A stretch of 39,198 nt of DNA from a virus (Duplodnaviria > Heunggongvirae > Uroviricota > Caudoviricetes). The notes under the pieces were generated by a model. It searched no databases, was not told where the DNA came from, and saw only the letters and a list, made by a program, of their open reading frames with translations. The position numbers and the translations under genes are program-made. Below, piece by piece: positions 27,444 through 35,062 of this stretch (position 1 is its first letter; every line of letters begins with the position of its first letter). Location of the stretch: the IMG/VR virus record IMGVR_UViG_2531839622_000028. One strand, given 5' to 3'.

Positions 27444-27651
27444 GACGGGCCTCCATGATGTTCTGGCAGTTCACACAACGGATGGCATCCGGCACAGCAA
27501 CAAGACGTGCGGCGGGGATCTCTCCGCCACAGTCCGCGCAGACACGTCTGCCCGGAGCATCCATTGCCCGGCGCTTACGTGTCAGCCGGTTACAAAGGGC
27601 GCGTTCTGATCCCCGCTCCATCACAGCCTGAGCACGATCTGAATCATCCAT
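27424..27651 (-). CDS. TraR/DksA-family C4 zinc-finger protein
   Basis: CADCGGEIPAARLVAVPDAIRCVNCQ (C-x2-C-x17-C-x2-C); start set at the ATG at 27649-27651 (MDDSDRAQ...) with AAGGAAAAAGG upstream. Confidence 0.65.
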   Translation of the reverse strand: MDDSDRAQAVMERGSERALCNRLTRKRRAMDAPGRRVCADCGGEIPAARLVAVPDAIRCVNCQNIMEARHVGQHR

Positions 27652-27661
27652 ACCTTTTTCC

Positions 27662-28033
27662 TTACTTCGTCTTTCCTGCCGGAACAGCAGGCGTTCCGGC
27701 CATATCAGTAAATTCATGTTGTCGCCGCGCCTCCAGACGACGAATACTGGCCTTGTCCACGTTGCAGTTCTTGATCACCGCCAGCAGTTGCAGGTTGTAA
27801 GTGACCGATGCCCCAAACGTGAACGGCTCCGGCGCAGGAGGGACCAGGCAGTCAGCCAGCCATTCAGCGGGGATCGGCACCGGCTTCACAGGCACGTATT
27901 TCACAGACGGCCCGGCGCACCCGATCAGCCACATCATCAGGAACAGGGGCAGAGGCCGCAGGCACTGCCGCCAGCGACCGGCGGACAACGCTCTGCTGCC
28001 CCTCGCTGTGCTGAATGTTCTGTTGTTTTTCAT
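27662..28033 (-). CDS. Candidate o-spanin (Rz1-like outer-membrane lipoprotein), overlapping the i-spanin in another frame
   Basis: Lipobox-like LIGC after a hydrophobic leader, then Pro-rich mature region; start (ATG at 28033) is a guess. Confidence 0.45.
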   Translation of the reverse strand: MKNNRTFSTARGSRALSAGRWRQCLRPLPLFLMMWLIGCAGPSVKYVPVKPVPIPAEWLADCLVPPAPEPFTFGASVTYNLQLLAVIKNCNVDKASIRRLEARRQHEFTDMAGTPAVPAGKTK

Positions 28034-28364
28034 TCGTGGCCGCCTCACTGATTTGTGAAATGAGTTGCAGGGTGTGCTGCTGATTTGCCAGCACCTGACG
28101 CGCCTCATCCCGCTCACGCACAAGCACCTGATTATTGTCTTCAAGGCGCTGCGTCTTCTGGTGCATTCCCCATATAGCGGCAACCAGTACAGCGATAATC
28201 CCCAGCGCCGCCATGCACGCCCCGGCAATCAGGGCCGGTAAGGCATTATTCACCGCAGCCACAGGACACCCCGTAACAGCAGTACCGCACACAGCAGCGC
28301 TATCATGAGCGGTCGCCAGAAGCGGTTCAGACTTTCGGCAAGTCGTAGCGACATAACCATTCAT
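27864..28364 (-). CDS. Candidate i-spanin (Rz-like)
   Basis: Hydrophobic helix (ALPALIAGACMAALGIIAVLVAAIW) then a Gln/Glu/Arg-rich coiled-coil-like region; directly downstream of the endolysin; start uncertain (first ATG at 28364). Confidence 0.45.
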   Translation of the reverse strand: MNGYVATTCRKSEPLLATAHDSAAVCGTAVTGCPVAAVNNALPALIAGACMAALGIIAVLVAAIWGMHQKTQRLEDNNQVLVRERDEARQVLANQQHTLQLISQISEAATNEKQQNIQHSEGQQSVVRRSLAAVPAASAPVPDDVADRVRRAVCEIRACEAGADPR

Positions 28365-28827
28365 CCGCCGAACGGCGGGCCTCAAGGCCGGGGAGTTTCA
28401 CCCCCTTTGAATAAATCCAGCGGATATACTGCTTACAGGACGCGGGCATCTGCCCGGCATTGATCAGGCGCAGAAGCGTGGAGTTGCGAAAGTTCGTTTC
28501 ACCGGCCCAGAAGATCCACGAAGCCAGCGCCACCGTCTGACCACGGGTAAGCGGCACCTGAACACGCCGATCAATGGCCGCAAAGGCCCATTTCATGTCC
28601 TTTTCCAGTAGTTCCAGGCATTCTTCATCTGTCAGGGTCATACCCGGTTTCACATCCGGGCCGGTATGGCCGTAACAGATGGTGGGTGTACCGGTGGGAT
28701 CGATATACGTGGAGTTTTCTTTCCCTTCCCAGTAACCGGTGTAATGCGTGGCAATCGTGAACGTCCCGGCACCGGCCAGAACAAGGGCAATCAGCTTTTT
28801 ACGCAGTGGTGCGGGGAGTTTTGGCAT
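28327..28827 (-). CDS. SAR endolysin (phage lysozyme with N-terminal signal-anchor-release domain)
   Basis: 166-aa ORF; Gly/Ala-rich weakly hydrophobic N-terminus, then TICYGHTG and NFRNSTLLRLIN motifs closely resembling the P21/Mu-type lysozyme as recalled. Confidence 0.85.
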   Translation of the reverse strand: MPKLPAPLRKKLIALVLAGAGTFTIATHYTGYWEGKENSTYIDPTGTPTICYGHTGPDVKPGMTLTDEECLELLEKDMKWAFAAIDRRVQVPLTRGQTVALASWIFWAGETNFRNSTLLRLINAGQMPASCKQYIRWIYSKGVKLPGLEARRSADEWLCRYDLPKV

Positions 28828-28898
28828 TGTTACGCTGTCTCATGATGTTCTCTGAGTCAGCGTAACGGTGAAGGTGAGGCGGCAGGCTTTGCGGAATA

Positions 28899-29324
28899 TC
28901 AGAAAAGTGGCGGTTGCGTTCTTGCCAGATGCAGACGGCGCTGTTCGCGTATGACGGTATAAATCTGGGTTTCTGACATCCGGTAATGGCGGCGAAGGGA
29001 TTCAATTTTCTCGCCCCGGTCCCAGCGCGAAAATATCTCATTGTTTCGCAGCTCGGCAAAGAGAGATTCCCCGACCGGCAGGTAATAACCCCGTCCGCCC
29101 ATATAGGCTGCCTGAGCCGCAGCCACCTTGCGTGCCAGTTTACCGGCCAGTACCGGCTCAATCCCCTGACGCTGAAGTTCTGCGCCGGTGACTTCAACCA
29201 GTTCTGACAGGGTCCGCGGCCAGTTCTTTTTGAGAACATCATCAGGGATGTCATCAAGGCGGTCGATAAGGGCGTGCAGTTGCTCACTGTCACCACCAAA
29301 CATGCTCATCTGAGTTTCTGCCAT
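28899..29324 (-). CDS. Mor/C-family transcriptional activator (middle/late gene activator)
   Basis: 141-aa ORF; C-terminal pattern YYLP...RN.EIF..WD...Y.MSE.QIYTVIREQRR fits the Mor/C family; between gemA-like gene and endolysin. Confidence 0.75.
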   Translation of the reverse strand: MAETQMSMFGGDSEQLHALIDRLDDIPDDVLKKNWPRTLSELVEVTGAELQRQGIEPVLAGKLARKVAAAQAAYMGGRGYYLPVGESLFAELRNNEIFSRWDRGEKIESLRRHYRMSETQIYTVIREQRRLHLARTQPPLF

Positions 29325-29393
29325 ATCAGCCTCCGGTTCTCGCGTTCCCGGTAAGTTTAAAATAAAAATCCCGCGTTGTGGCGGGATTTGGAG

Positions 29394-29903
29394 TTAACGG
29401 GGAAGTGATTTTTCATACTGCCTGCAAACGGCGTCATACCCCATCAGCGTGCGTTCGGGCATTCCCATCGCGGCCAGCATTTTGCGGCGGTGCCATCGCT
29501 TGAGACGCTCCAGCACATCTGAGGCCAGGGCGGGGTGTTGCTCCAGCCACTGCCAGTTTGCCACACCTTCGCCGCCGTTTTGCGCGGCCGTCTGCGATTT
29601 CACCCAGCGGTTAAGGGCGGTTTCCGCACCATCGGTGATAAAGCCCTGCCGGTGCATCACCTTCCAGATGGCGCGAATTTTGGCGGTCACCGTACCCGGT
29701 TTTAAGGCCCGGTTAACCGGGTTCTGACGCACTTTAAAACCGCGTTTTTTGAAAACATCCAGCACGCGGGATAACTCATCCGGTGACATATCCCGGCAGC
29801 TGGTTTTGCCGGTGGCTGCCAGCAGCGCGGATGTATAAGTCTCATCATCCAGGGCAAGCTCGCGCTTTGCCACATGAATGGCGGATATCAGTTTTCCTCT
29901 CAT
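29394..29903 (-). CDS. GemA-like early regulatory protein
   Basis: 169-aa ORF; N-terminus (LISAIHVAKRELALDDETY...TGKTSCRDMSPDELSRVLD) resembles the GemA family; directly upstream of the Mor/C gene as in Mu. Confidence 0.65.
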   Translation of the reverse strand: MRGKLISAIHVAKRELALDDETYTSALLAATGKTSCRDMSPDELSRVLDVFKKRGFKVRQNPVNRALKPGTVTAKIRAIWKVMHRQGFITDGAETALNRWVKSQTAAQNGGEGVANWQWLEQHPALASDVLERLKRWHRRKMLAAMGMPERTLMGYDAVCRQYEKSLPR

Positions 29904-30196
29904 ACCGTATTTACCTTTTTACGGACATGGAAAGCCTTTTCTGCCTCATCCCACCGGGCATGGTGTGTTGGTGGAATAATCATTATGTGCCAGCCATCTC
30001 TGGTTGTTATCCGGCAGAAAAATTCACCGCTATATAACACAATGGCCTGCTGAATGAGCGCATCAGCCGCCCGTTCAACCGGATGTCTTTTATCAAAAAA
30101 GCAGATGATTTTTCGACATAACCACCGGGTAATAACAAATGCGCCGAAAAAGGATGTGATATATAAGCACCAGAACAACAGAGAACTATTGTCCAT
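29900..30196 (-). CDS. Hypothetical membrane-anchored protein (98 aa)
   Basis: One N-terminal hydrophobic helix; AT-rich codon usage; stop/start overlap with neighbours. Confidence 0.45.
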   Translation of the reverse strand: MDNSSLLFWCLYITSFFGAFVITRWLCRKIICFFDKRHPVERAADALIQQAIVLYSGEFFCRITTRDGWHIMIIPPTHHARWDEAEKAFHVRKKVNTV

Positions 30197-30383
30197 TATC
30201 TTTCTCCTTATTCAGTCTTCTGCGACATTCGGCACAGTCATCAGGGCTTTCAAATGTATCCGGCTCGCGATTATGAGCCAGATATAACCACCGCCTACAT
30301 ATACTGATATTATCGCCAGTTTTAAAAAAATGATGCTTCTTAGCCATCAGAGGGCGCGCCCATCCAGCGGGTAGACTATTCAT
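30186..30383 (-). CDS. Hypothetical small Cys-containing protein (65 aa)
   Basis: ORF in the coupled AT-rich run; C...C-x2-C pattern that could be a zinc ribbon. Confidence 0.4.
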   Translation of the reverse strand: MNSLPAGWARPLMAKKHHFFKTGDNISICRRWLYLAHNREPDTFESPDDCAECRRRLNKEKDNGQ

Positions 30384-30750
30384 TTGCTTTATCCTCCATA
30401 CTGGACAAAATCATCTGTATTAATGTCGGGCGTGGAGATATACGCATTTCATTAAGCGTCTGAAGGGCAGCAACAGCTGCCTGTTTATCGGTGCCTTTGG
30501 CAATTTCCGCAAGAGAATGCACAATCCATAACGGACTTAACGCCACGACTGAATCCAGAATCATGTCATCCATAATAATTTCTGACACATCCCGCTTATC
30601 ACATTCCTTATCCATAAAAGAAACGATTTTTTCCACATCTTCCGGTTTCATGCCTCCGGCGATAAGAAATTTGCGATACTCATAAGACGATCTTAATTCA
30701 ATACTCATATTCATCTCCTGTAACTCTGACAAGGACGTGATTTTTCTCAT
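30376..30750 (-). CDS. Hypothetical protein (124 aa)
   Basis: ORF overlapping both neighbours by a few nt; acidic; AT-rich. Confidence 0.45.
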   Translation of the reverse strand: MRKITSLSELQEMNMSIELRSSYEYRKFLIAGGMKPEDVEKIVSFMDKECDKRDVSEIIMDDMILDSVVALSPLWIVHSLAEIAKGTDKQAAVAALQTLNEMRISPRPTLIQMILSSMEDKANE

Positions 30751-30932
30751 TTATGTTTTCCAGTAATACGGATATATATGTCGATAAGAAGATTCATAAT
30801 AAACAGGAAGAGCGACATCCTGATAAAGAACCAAATATCTGGCATCATGGACAGGTTTCCTGTAATCGCAAATATAAAACCACCCCCCAACACCGGAACG
30901 AAAATTGCGAAAAATACAAGTCTCTTTATCAT
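30747..30932 (-). CDS. Small two-helix membrane protein (61 aa), hypothetical
   Basis: Two hydrophobic segments (FFAIFVPVLGGGFIFAI and FFIRMSLFLFIMNLLI); overlaps the upstream gene stop. Confidence 0.45.
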   Translation of the reverse strand: MIKRLVFFAIFVPVLGGGFIFAITGNLSMMPDIWFFIRMSLFLFIMNLLIDIYIRITGKHK

Positions 30933-31480
30933 GGCGTTAACTCCCGTAATACAGCGTCCTCGGCAGTCCGGCGATGGTGATAAATAAAATTCACCGTACT
31001 CTCGGATAATTCAAATTTCTCGCCTATTTCCCGGAAGGTAAGACGTCGTGGTGATTCAGCATCCCGTAATTCACGAATAAGATGAACATCATCGTCAGGT
31101 ATACGGGTGAAGGGCAGCAATTCTCCGTATTTTTTCATGCTTACGCCAATATATCGCGCCCGATTGTGGACAGAATCCCGGTCTCGCCCCAGATATTCTC
31201 CTATTTGCTTACCGGTCATCGTTCTGGCATTTTTTCGGATAAATTTATCTTCATCATGTTTAAATCTTGGACGTTTGCATTTGAGCAACTCCGGGTAAGT
31301 ACCGCGTAATAAAACAATCCGGTTATGTACACCCCAGAAACTTCTTTTTACCCTGACAGCAATATCCTTAACCGGGGTGGATGGATAAAGCGCAATCAGC
31401 AGCGCATCTTCTTCAGGTGTCCACGCACGGACATGAGCAGGTGCCTGACCTTTTCGCCCCATGGGTTGTAAAATCATCAT
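30929..31480 (-). CDS. Putative DNA-binding protein with three internal HTH-like repeats
   Basis: 183-aa ORF; three repeats of a (K/R)(D/Q/E)I(A/G)-x8-V-(H/N)N-like unit (VKDIAVRVKRSFWGVHNRIV, GKQIGEYLGRDRDSVHNRARYI, FREIGEKFELSESTVNFIYHH); first unit preceded by WTPEEDALL (Myb/SANT-like). Confidence 0.5.
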   Translation of the reverse strand: MMILQPMGRKGQAPAHVRAWTPEEDALLIALYPSTPVKDIAVRVKRSFWGVHNRIVLLRGTYPELLKCKRPRFKHDEDKFIRKNARTMTGKQIGEYLGRDRDSVHNRARYIGVSMKKYGELLPFTRIPDDDVHLIRELRDAESPRRLTFREIGEKFELSESTVNFIYHHRRTAEDAVLRELTP

Positions 31481-31483
31481 ACA

Positions 31484-31999
31484 TCACCCCCTGACTCGCT
31501 TTTCAGCAGCATAAAACTCATCAGACAGAATTTCGGTCATTTTCTGATTTGCGGGTTTTACGCCGCACTCAAGGTAAATCACATCGTCAACGCAGAACCA
31601 CTTCACAGGGCCAAACATGATTGCCGAGAAATCAATACCCAGCCAGAACAACAGTGCATCGGTTCTGGCATACGTGACGGGCGAATATTCACGCCACAGA
31701 CTGTTAAGTTCGTCAGAGGCAACGCGCAGGGCTTTGGGAATACGTGATGTGCGCGGTGTGCAGCTCCAGCCATTCGACGCAGTCGGTTTTCGCCATAAGT
31801 CGCGATGAAAAGGATATTTGTCATCCATAAAGCGCAGCCCTTTAAAACAAAAGCCACTGATACCGGATACAAATACCGACCGGCACGCAACATTCAGCAC
31901 GGCCTCAAGGCGTTTTGCCTCATCCTTAACTTTCTGGCAGTCCTGCTGATATTTTTGCCACGCGGCCAGCGCGGAAGGGTTTGATGTTTTAAAGAACAT
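31484..31999 (-). CDS. Hypothetical early protein (171 aa)
   Basis: ORF in the early operon; no family recognised. Confidence 0.45.
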   Translation of the reverse strand: MFFKTSNPSALAAWQKYQQDCQKVKDEAKRLEAVLNVACRSVFVSGISGFCFKGLRFMDDKYPFHRDLWRKPTASNGWSCTPRTSRIPKALRVASDELNSLWREYSPVTYARTDALLFWLGIDFSAIMFGPVKWFCVDDVIYLECGVKPANQKMTEILSDEFYAAEKRVRG

Positions 32000-32532
32000 T
32001 ACGCCACCTCCGCAGATATCCCGGCAGGCGCGGCCGTCCGGTCAACAATCAGGTAACGCAGAACGCGCGAGGTGATATTCCAGCCGCTTAAACCGCAGAT
32101 AATGACACCCAGGCGTATGTCGATATACGCCATCACAAACTGGGGCACGCCTTCTTTCATGGCCTGCTCATCAACTTCAGCCACCACATAAACGGTTTCA
32201 CAGGTCAGAACGCCCTGAGCAAATTCCCACGCCATTGACGGAATATCATGCCCCTCAATCCACGGCAGGGATTTTCTGAAGCTGCACCACTGAACATCAT
32301 CAGCCGCACCTTCTTGGCTGCATTTGCGACGAACCGGCTGCACCGGGCGGGGACGCGGAATATCATAAAAACCGTTACATTCCGTCAGCACCCCGGCATC
32401 GACCGCATCACGCAGAAAATAAACCATCGAGGATGGCGGCATATTCATTTTTTCAGCCAGAATGCCGCAGGTCAGACGCCCGTAAATACTCAGCCAGTTT
32501 TTAACCCCTTCAAGCACTTTTGCATCAATCAT
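31999..32532 (-). CDS. Hypothetical early protein (177 aa), possible N-terminal winged-helix
   Basis: ORF in the early operon, coupled to the downstream gene. Confidence 0.45.
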   Translation of the reverse strand: MIDAKVLEGVKNWLSIYGRLTCGILAEKMNMPPSSMVYFLRDAVDAGVLTECNGFYDIPRPRPVQPVRRKCSQEGAADDVQWCSFRKSLPWIEGHDIPSMAWEFAQGVLTCETVYVVAEVDEQAMKEGVPQFVMAYIDIRLGVIICGLSGWNITSRVLRYLIVDRTAAPAGISAEVA

Positions 32533-32535
32533 GAA

Positions 32536-33078
32536 TTATTCCTCCGTCAGCGCCACATATTCAGAATGTTTAATCTCCTGGCATTCTTCAGGAATACCCC
32601 CTTTTATTTCCCTGCCATAAGCGCCTACTTTAAACACCACGCACAGGGCATCACGGGAGAGCGACGGGGTCCACCAGGAGTCCATGTTAAACATGGAGGG
32701 GATTCTCATTACCCCCAGCTTTTCACAGAGCCAGACAAGGAAATCAGGACGCTTTCTTAACTCGCGTTCAGCGGCTTCAATCATTGCGGCAATCGCCGGT
32801 CCTTCAGGGCATGACTCATCAGGTCTGGCAATAAAGCACGGTCCGTCCCCGATAAAAGCCACATCATCGCGCTTACGCCAGCCCGCAGGCAGAGCACCAG
32901 AAAAATAAAACTCACTGATTACGTCCATGGCAAACGGCTTTAAGCGCAATCCGGCAGCGCCTGTATTTTTCAGTAATGCCCGAAGAATACTGTTGCGTAG
33001 CGGTAAAACAGTCTGTTGATATTTGGTGAAATATTTATTTGTCTGCACACGGTCTAATTTGAAATAAAAATATGCCAT
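32536..33078 (-). CDS. Hypothetical early protein (180 aa)
   Basis: ORF downstream of gam in the early operon. Confidence 0.45.
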   Translation of the reverse strand: MAYFYFKLDRVQTNKYFTKYQQTVLPLRNSILRALLKNTGAAGLRLKPFAMDVISEFYFSGALPAGWRKRDDVAFIGDGPCFIARPDESCPEGPAIAAMIEAAERELRKRPDFLVWLCEKLGVMRIPSMFNMDSWWTPSLSRDALCVVFKVGAYGREIKGGIPEECQEIKHSEYVALTEE

Positions 33079-33175
33079 ATATCCTGTTCCTTATTTTCAG
33101 TTTACAGGCGCAGGCAGTCCCCTGACGCGAGCGCCATACTTAAAACGATGTGATATTTAAAGATTTAATGCGGTG

Positions 33176-33706
33176 TTATTTATTCAGTCCGGCGTCCTGT
33201 TCAAAAGGCTCGACATAAAAACTTTCAGCGCCTTTATTCACCTTAATACCGGCAATGCCTTTCACTGCATCCGGCTCCGCCAGGACCGCTTCCTTGTTCA
33301 CTTCCTCTTTCGTGCGGATGAATCGCTCAAGCCCCATACGGCGCAGCATTTCAATCACACCTTCCACATCACGGCTGACGCTGCATGATGGATTTCCCAG
33401 CCGCCATGATACTGTTCCGGTGGTCAGATTGGCTGTTTTGGTTTTGCCGCCGTTCGTCAGCTCATCGCGGTTGGTTTTGCACCAGTCCTGAATCCCCTTA
33501 AAAAGCACTTTGATTTCTTTTTTAAGGTTTTCAATCTGCGGCGTATAACGGGCGGTGATTTCTGCCACTTCATCATTCATCGCCGTTTCCAGCCGCAGCG
33601 CCTCTCGCTGAATATCGCCCAGGGTACGGATATCGCGGCTGACTTCTTCGCGGGTCTGCGGTGCAGCCTCGGCTGCGGCCTTTAATTTTGTAACACGTTT
33701 AGCCAT
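33176..33706 (-). CDS. gam: Host-nuclease inhibitor Gam (Mu Gam / Ku-like DNA end-binding protein)
   Basis: 176-aa ORF; size, composition and position in the early region fit Mu Gam. Confidence 0.8.
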   Translation of the reverse strand: MAKRVTKLKAAAEAAPQTREEVSRDIRTLGDIQREALRLETAMNDEVAEITARYTPQIENLKKEIKVLFKGIQDWCKTNRDELTNGGKTKTANLTTGTVSWRLGNPSCSVSRDVEGVIEMLRRMGLERFIRTKEEVNKEAVLAEPDAVKGIAGIKVNKGAESFYVEPFEQDAGLNK

Positions 33707-33717
33707 TTTGTTTTTCC

Positions 33718-34011
33718 TTATTGCAGTGTGCCTGATGCTTTATGCACGCGGTGGCGTTTAATGATGGCATCCGCCCCAAAAGCCTGTACAGATGCCTGAA
33801 ATTCCGCTGAGAGAAACTGAATAATTTCAGGACTGTGATACTGGAGAATACTTGCATAAACGTCACAGAGTGACGTCGGCCTGTTATTCGTATCACGTTC
33901 TGTTTTTACATCCACACCAATCTTTTCATGCACTTCAACACAGTCATTGCCTGCCGGTTTTTCGTCATGCGAAACATGCTTAAATTCAAAAATAACGCGT
34001 ACTTTGCTCAT
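33718..34011 (-). CDS. Hypothetical early protein, paralogue 2 of a tandem pair
   Basis: Start set at the ATG at 34009-34011 (MSKVRVIFEFKHVSHDE...); N-terminus paralogous to the upstream gene. Confidence 0.5.
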   Translation of the reverse strand: MSKVRVIFEFKHVSHDEKPAGNDCVEVHEKIGVDVKTERDTNNRPTSLCDVYASILQYHSPEIIQFLSAEFQASVQAFGADAIIKRHRVHKASGTLQ

Positions 34012-34015
34012 GGAA

Positions 34016-34288
34016 TTACCCCTGCTGATTAAATTCATTACCTTTAATAACCCCGGAACGCATGCTCATATCTTTCATGAGCGCACTGGCTTTCATTGCC
34101 ACAAGTTCAGCAAAGTCTCTGCTTTCCGCGAGCATAACCACCCCAAAAATCATGGCGGGTCCATCACCTTTCTGCTTTATCCCGGTTGAACGTATGTCCA
34201 GACTTACCCCCATGCGCACTGTTCCATCAGCGTTTTTATGGATAACGTGCTCCTTGTATTCGAAAATAATGCGTACGACTTTACTCAT
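34016..34288 (-). CDS. Hypothetical early protein, paralogue 1 of a tandem pair
   Basis: 90-aa ORF (MSKVVRIIFEYKEHVIHK...); GAGGA upstream. Confidence 0.5.
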   Translation of the reverse strand: MSKVVRIIFEYKEHVIHKNADGTVRMGVSLDIRSTGIKQKGDGPAMIFGVVMLAESRDFAELVAMKASALMKDMSMRSGVIKGNEFNQQG

Positions 34289-34566
34289 CCTCTGGTCCTC
34301 GTTCTGTTTGGATAACTGACCCGGCGTCTGACCTCACGGCAGAACCGAATCATGGCATTAAAGGCTTCTTCCTCCGTCACCGCTTCCGGTATCCCCGGAA
34401 CCAGTAACTGCTCCTGTTCATCACGTCCATGACGCGCCATAACCTCAATCACATGCCGTACCGTGGCAGGCTTTCCGGCAACTATCGGCAATGCACCTTC
34501 CGGCAGGACGTAACCAAACTCAATAAGACCACTCGACCACGCCCATGCAATGAGATTTTTTTTCAC
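34285..34566 (-). CDS. Hypothetical early protein (93 aa)
   Basis: ORF with stop/start overlap with neighbours. Confidence 0.45.
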   Translation of the reverse strand: MKKNLIAWAWSSGLIEFGYVLPEGALPIVAGKPATVRHVIEVMARHGRDEQEQLLVPGIPEAVTEEEAFNAMIRFCREVRRRVSYPNRTRTRG

Positions 34567-34567
34567 C

Positions 34568-34834
34568 TCACACCTCCCAGTAAACCGTGCAGCCGCTGAT
34601 GCGGGTGGCCTTCACACGGCGGCGCAGGCCGTTGGTCTGTATGGTGATTTCAATTTCACCGGTTCCCTGCACGTTGCCTACCGGCGGCGTGGTTTTCAGT
34701 GCAAAACGTTGCGGATAGCGCTTACTGCGTTCCAGTACCGCACCGGCAAGTTCGGTCAGACGGCGCGCGCTGTTCAGGGAGTCGAATAAATTCATTTTGT
34801 TACCGCAGGATTGCATATTCATATAACACCTCAT
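34568..34834 (-). CDS. Hypothetical early protein (88 aa; true start may be an internal Met)
   Basis: ORF in the early operon. Confidence 0.4.
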   Translation of the reverse strand: MRCYMNMQSCGNKMNLFDSLNSARRLTELAGAVLERSKRYPQRFALKTTPPVGNVQGTGEIEITIQTNGLRRRVKATRISGCTVYWEV

Positions 34835-35062
34835 TTAGCTGACTTGTTTCGCACCAACAGAACGGCATATTCCGCTGTAAACGTCTGTCGCACCTTCGCG
34901 ATCAAGTCCGGCAGATATCACCATTCGTGTGCGGTCATTAAATTCAAAAAGAAAATCGCCACATTCTTTATTTTCGGCCAGTGAAATCACCTTCACGTTA
35001 TCGAAATTAACCAGGTAAAAGCGTCCGTAAATATCAGGAATATTAAATACCGCCATAATCAC
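34835..35062 (-). CDS. Hypothetical small early protein at the position of Mu kil
   Basis: 75-aa ORF immediately downstream of B with overlapping junction; function inferred from position only. Confidence 0.35.
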   Translation of the reverse strand: MIMAVFNIPDIYGRFYLVNFDNVKVISLAENKECGDFLFEFNDRTRMVISAGLDREGATDVYSGICRSVGAKQVS

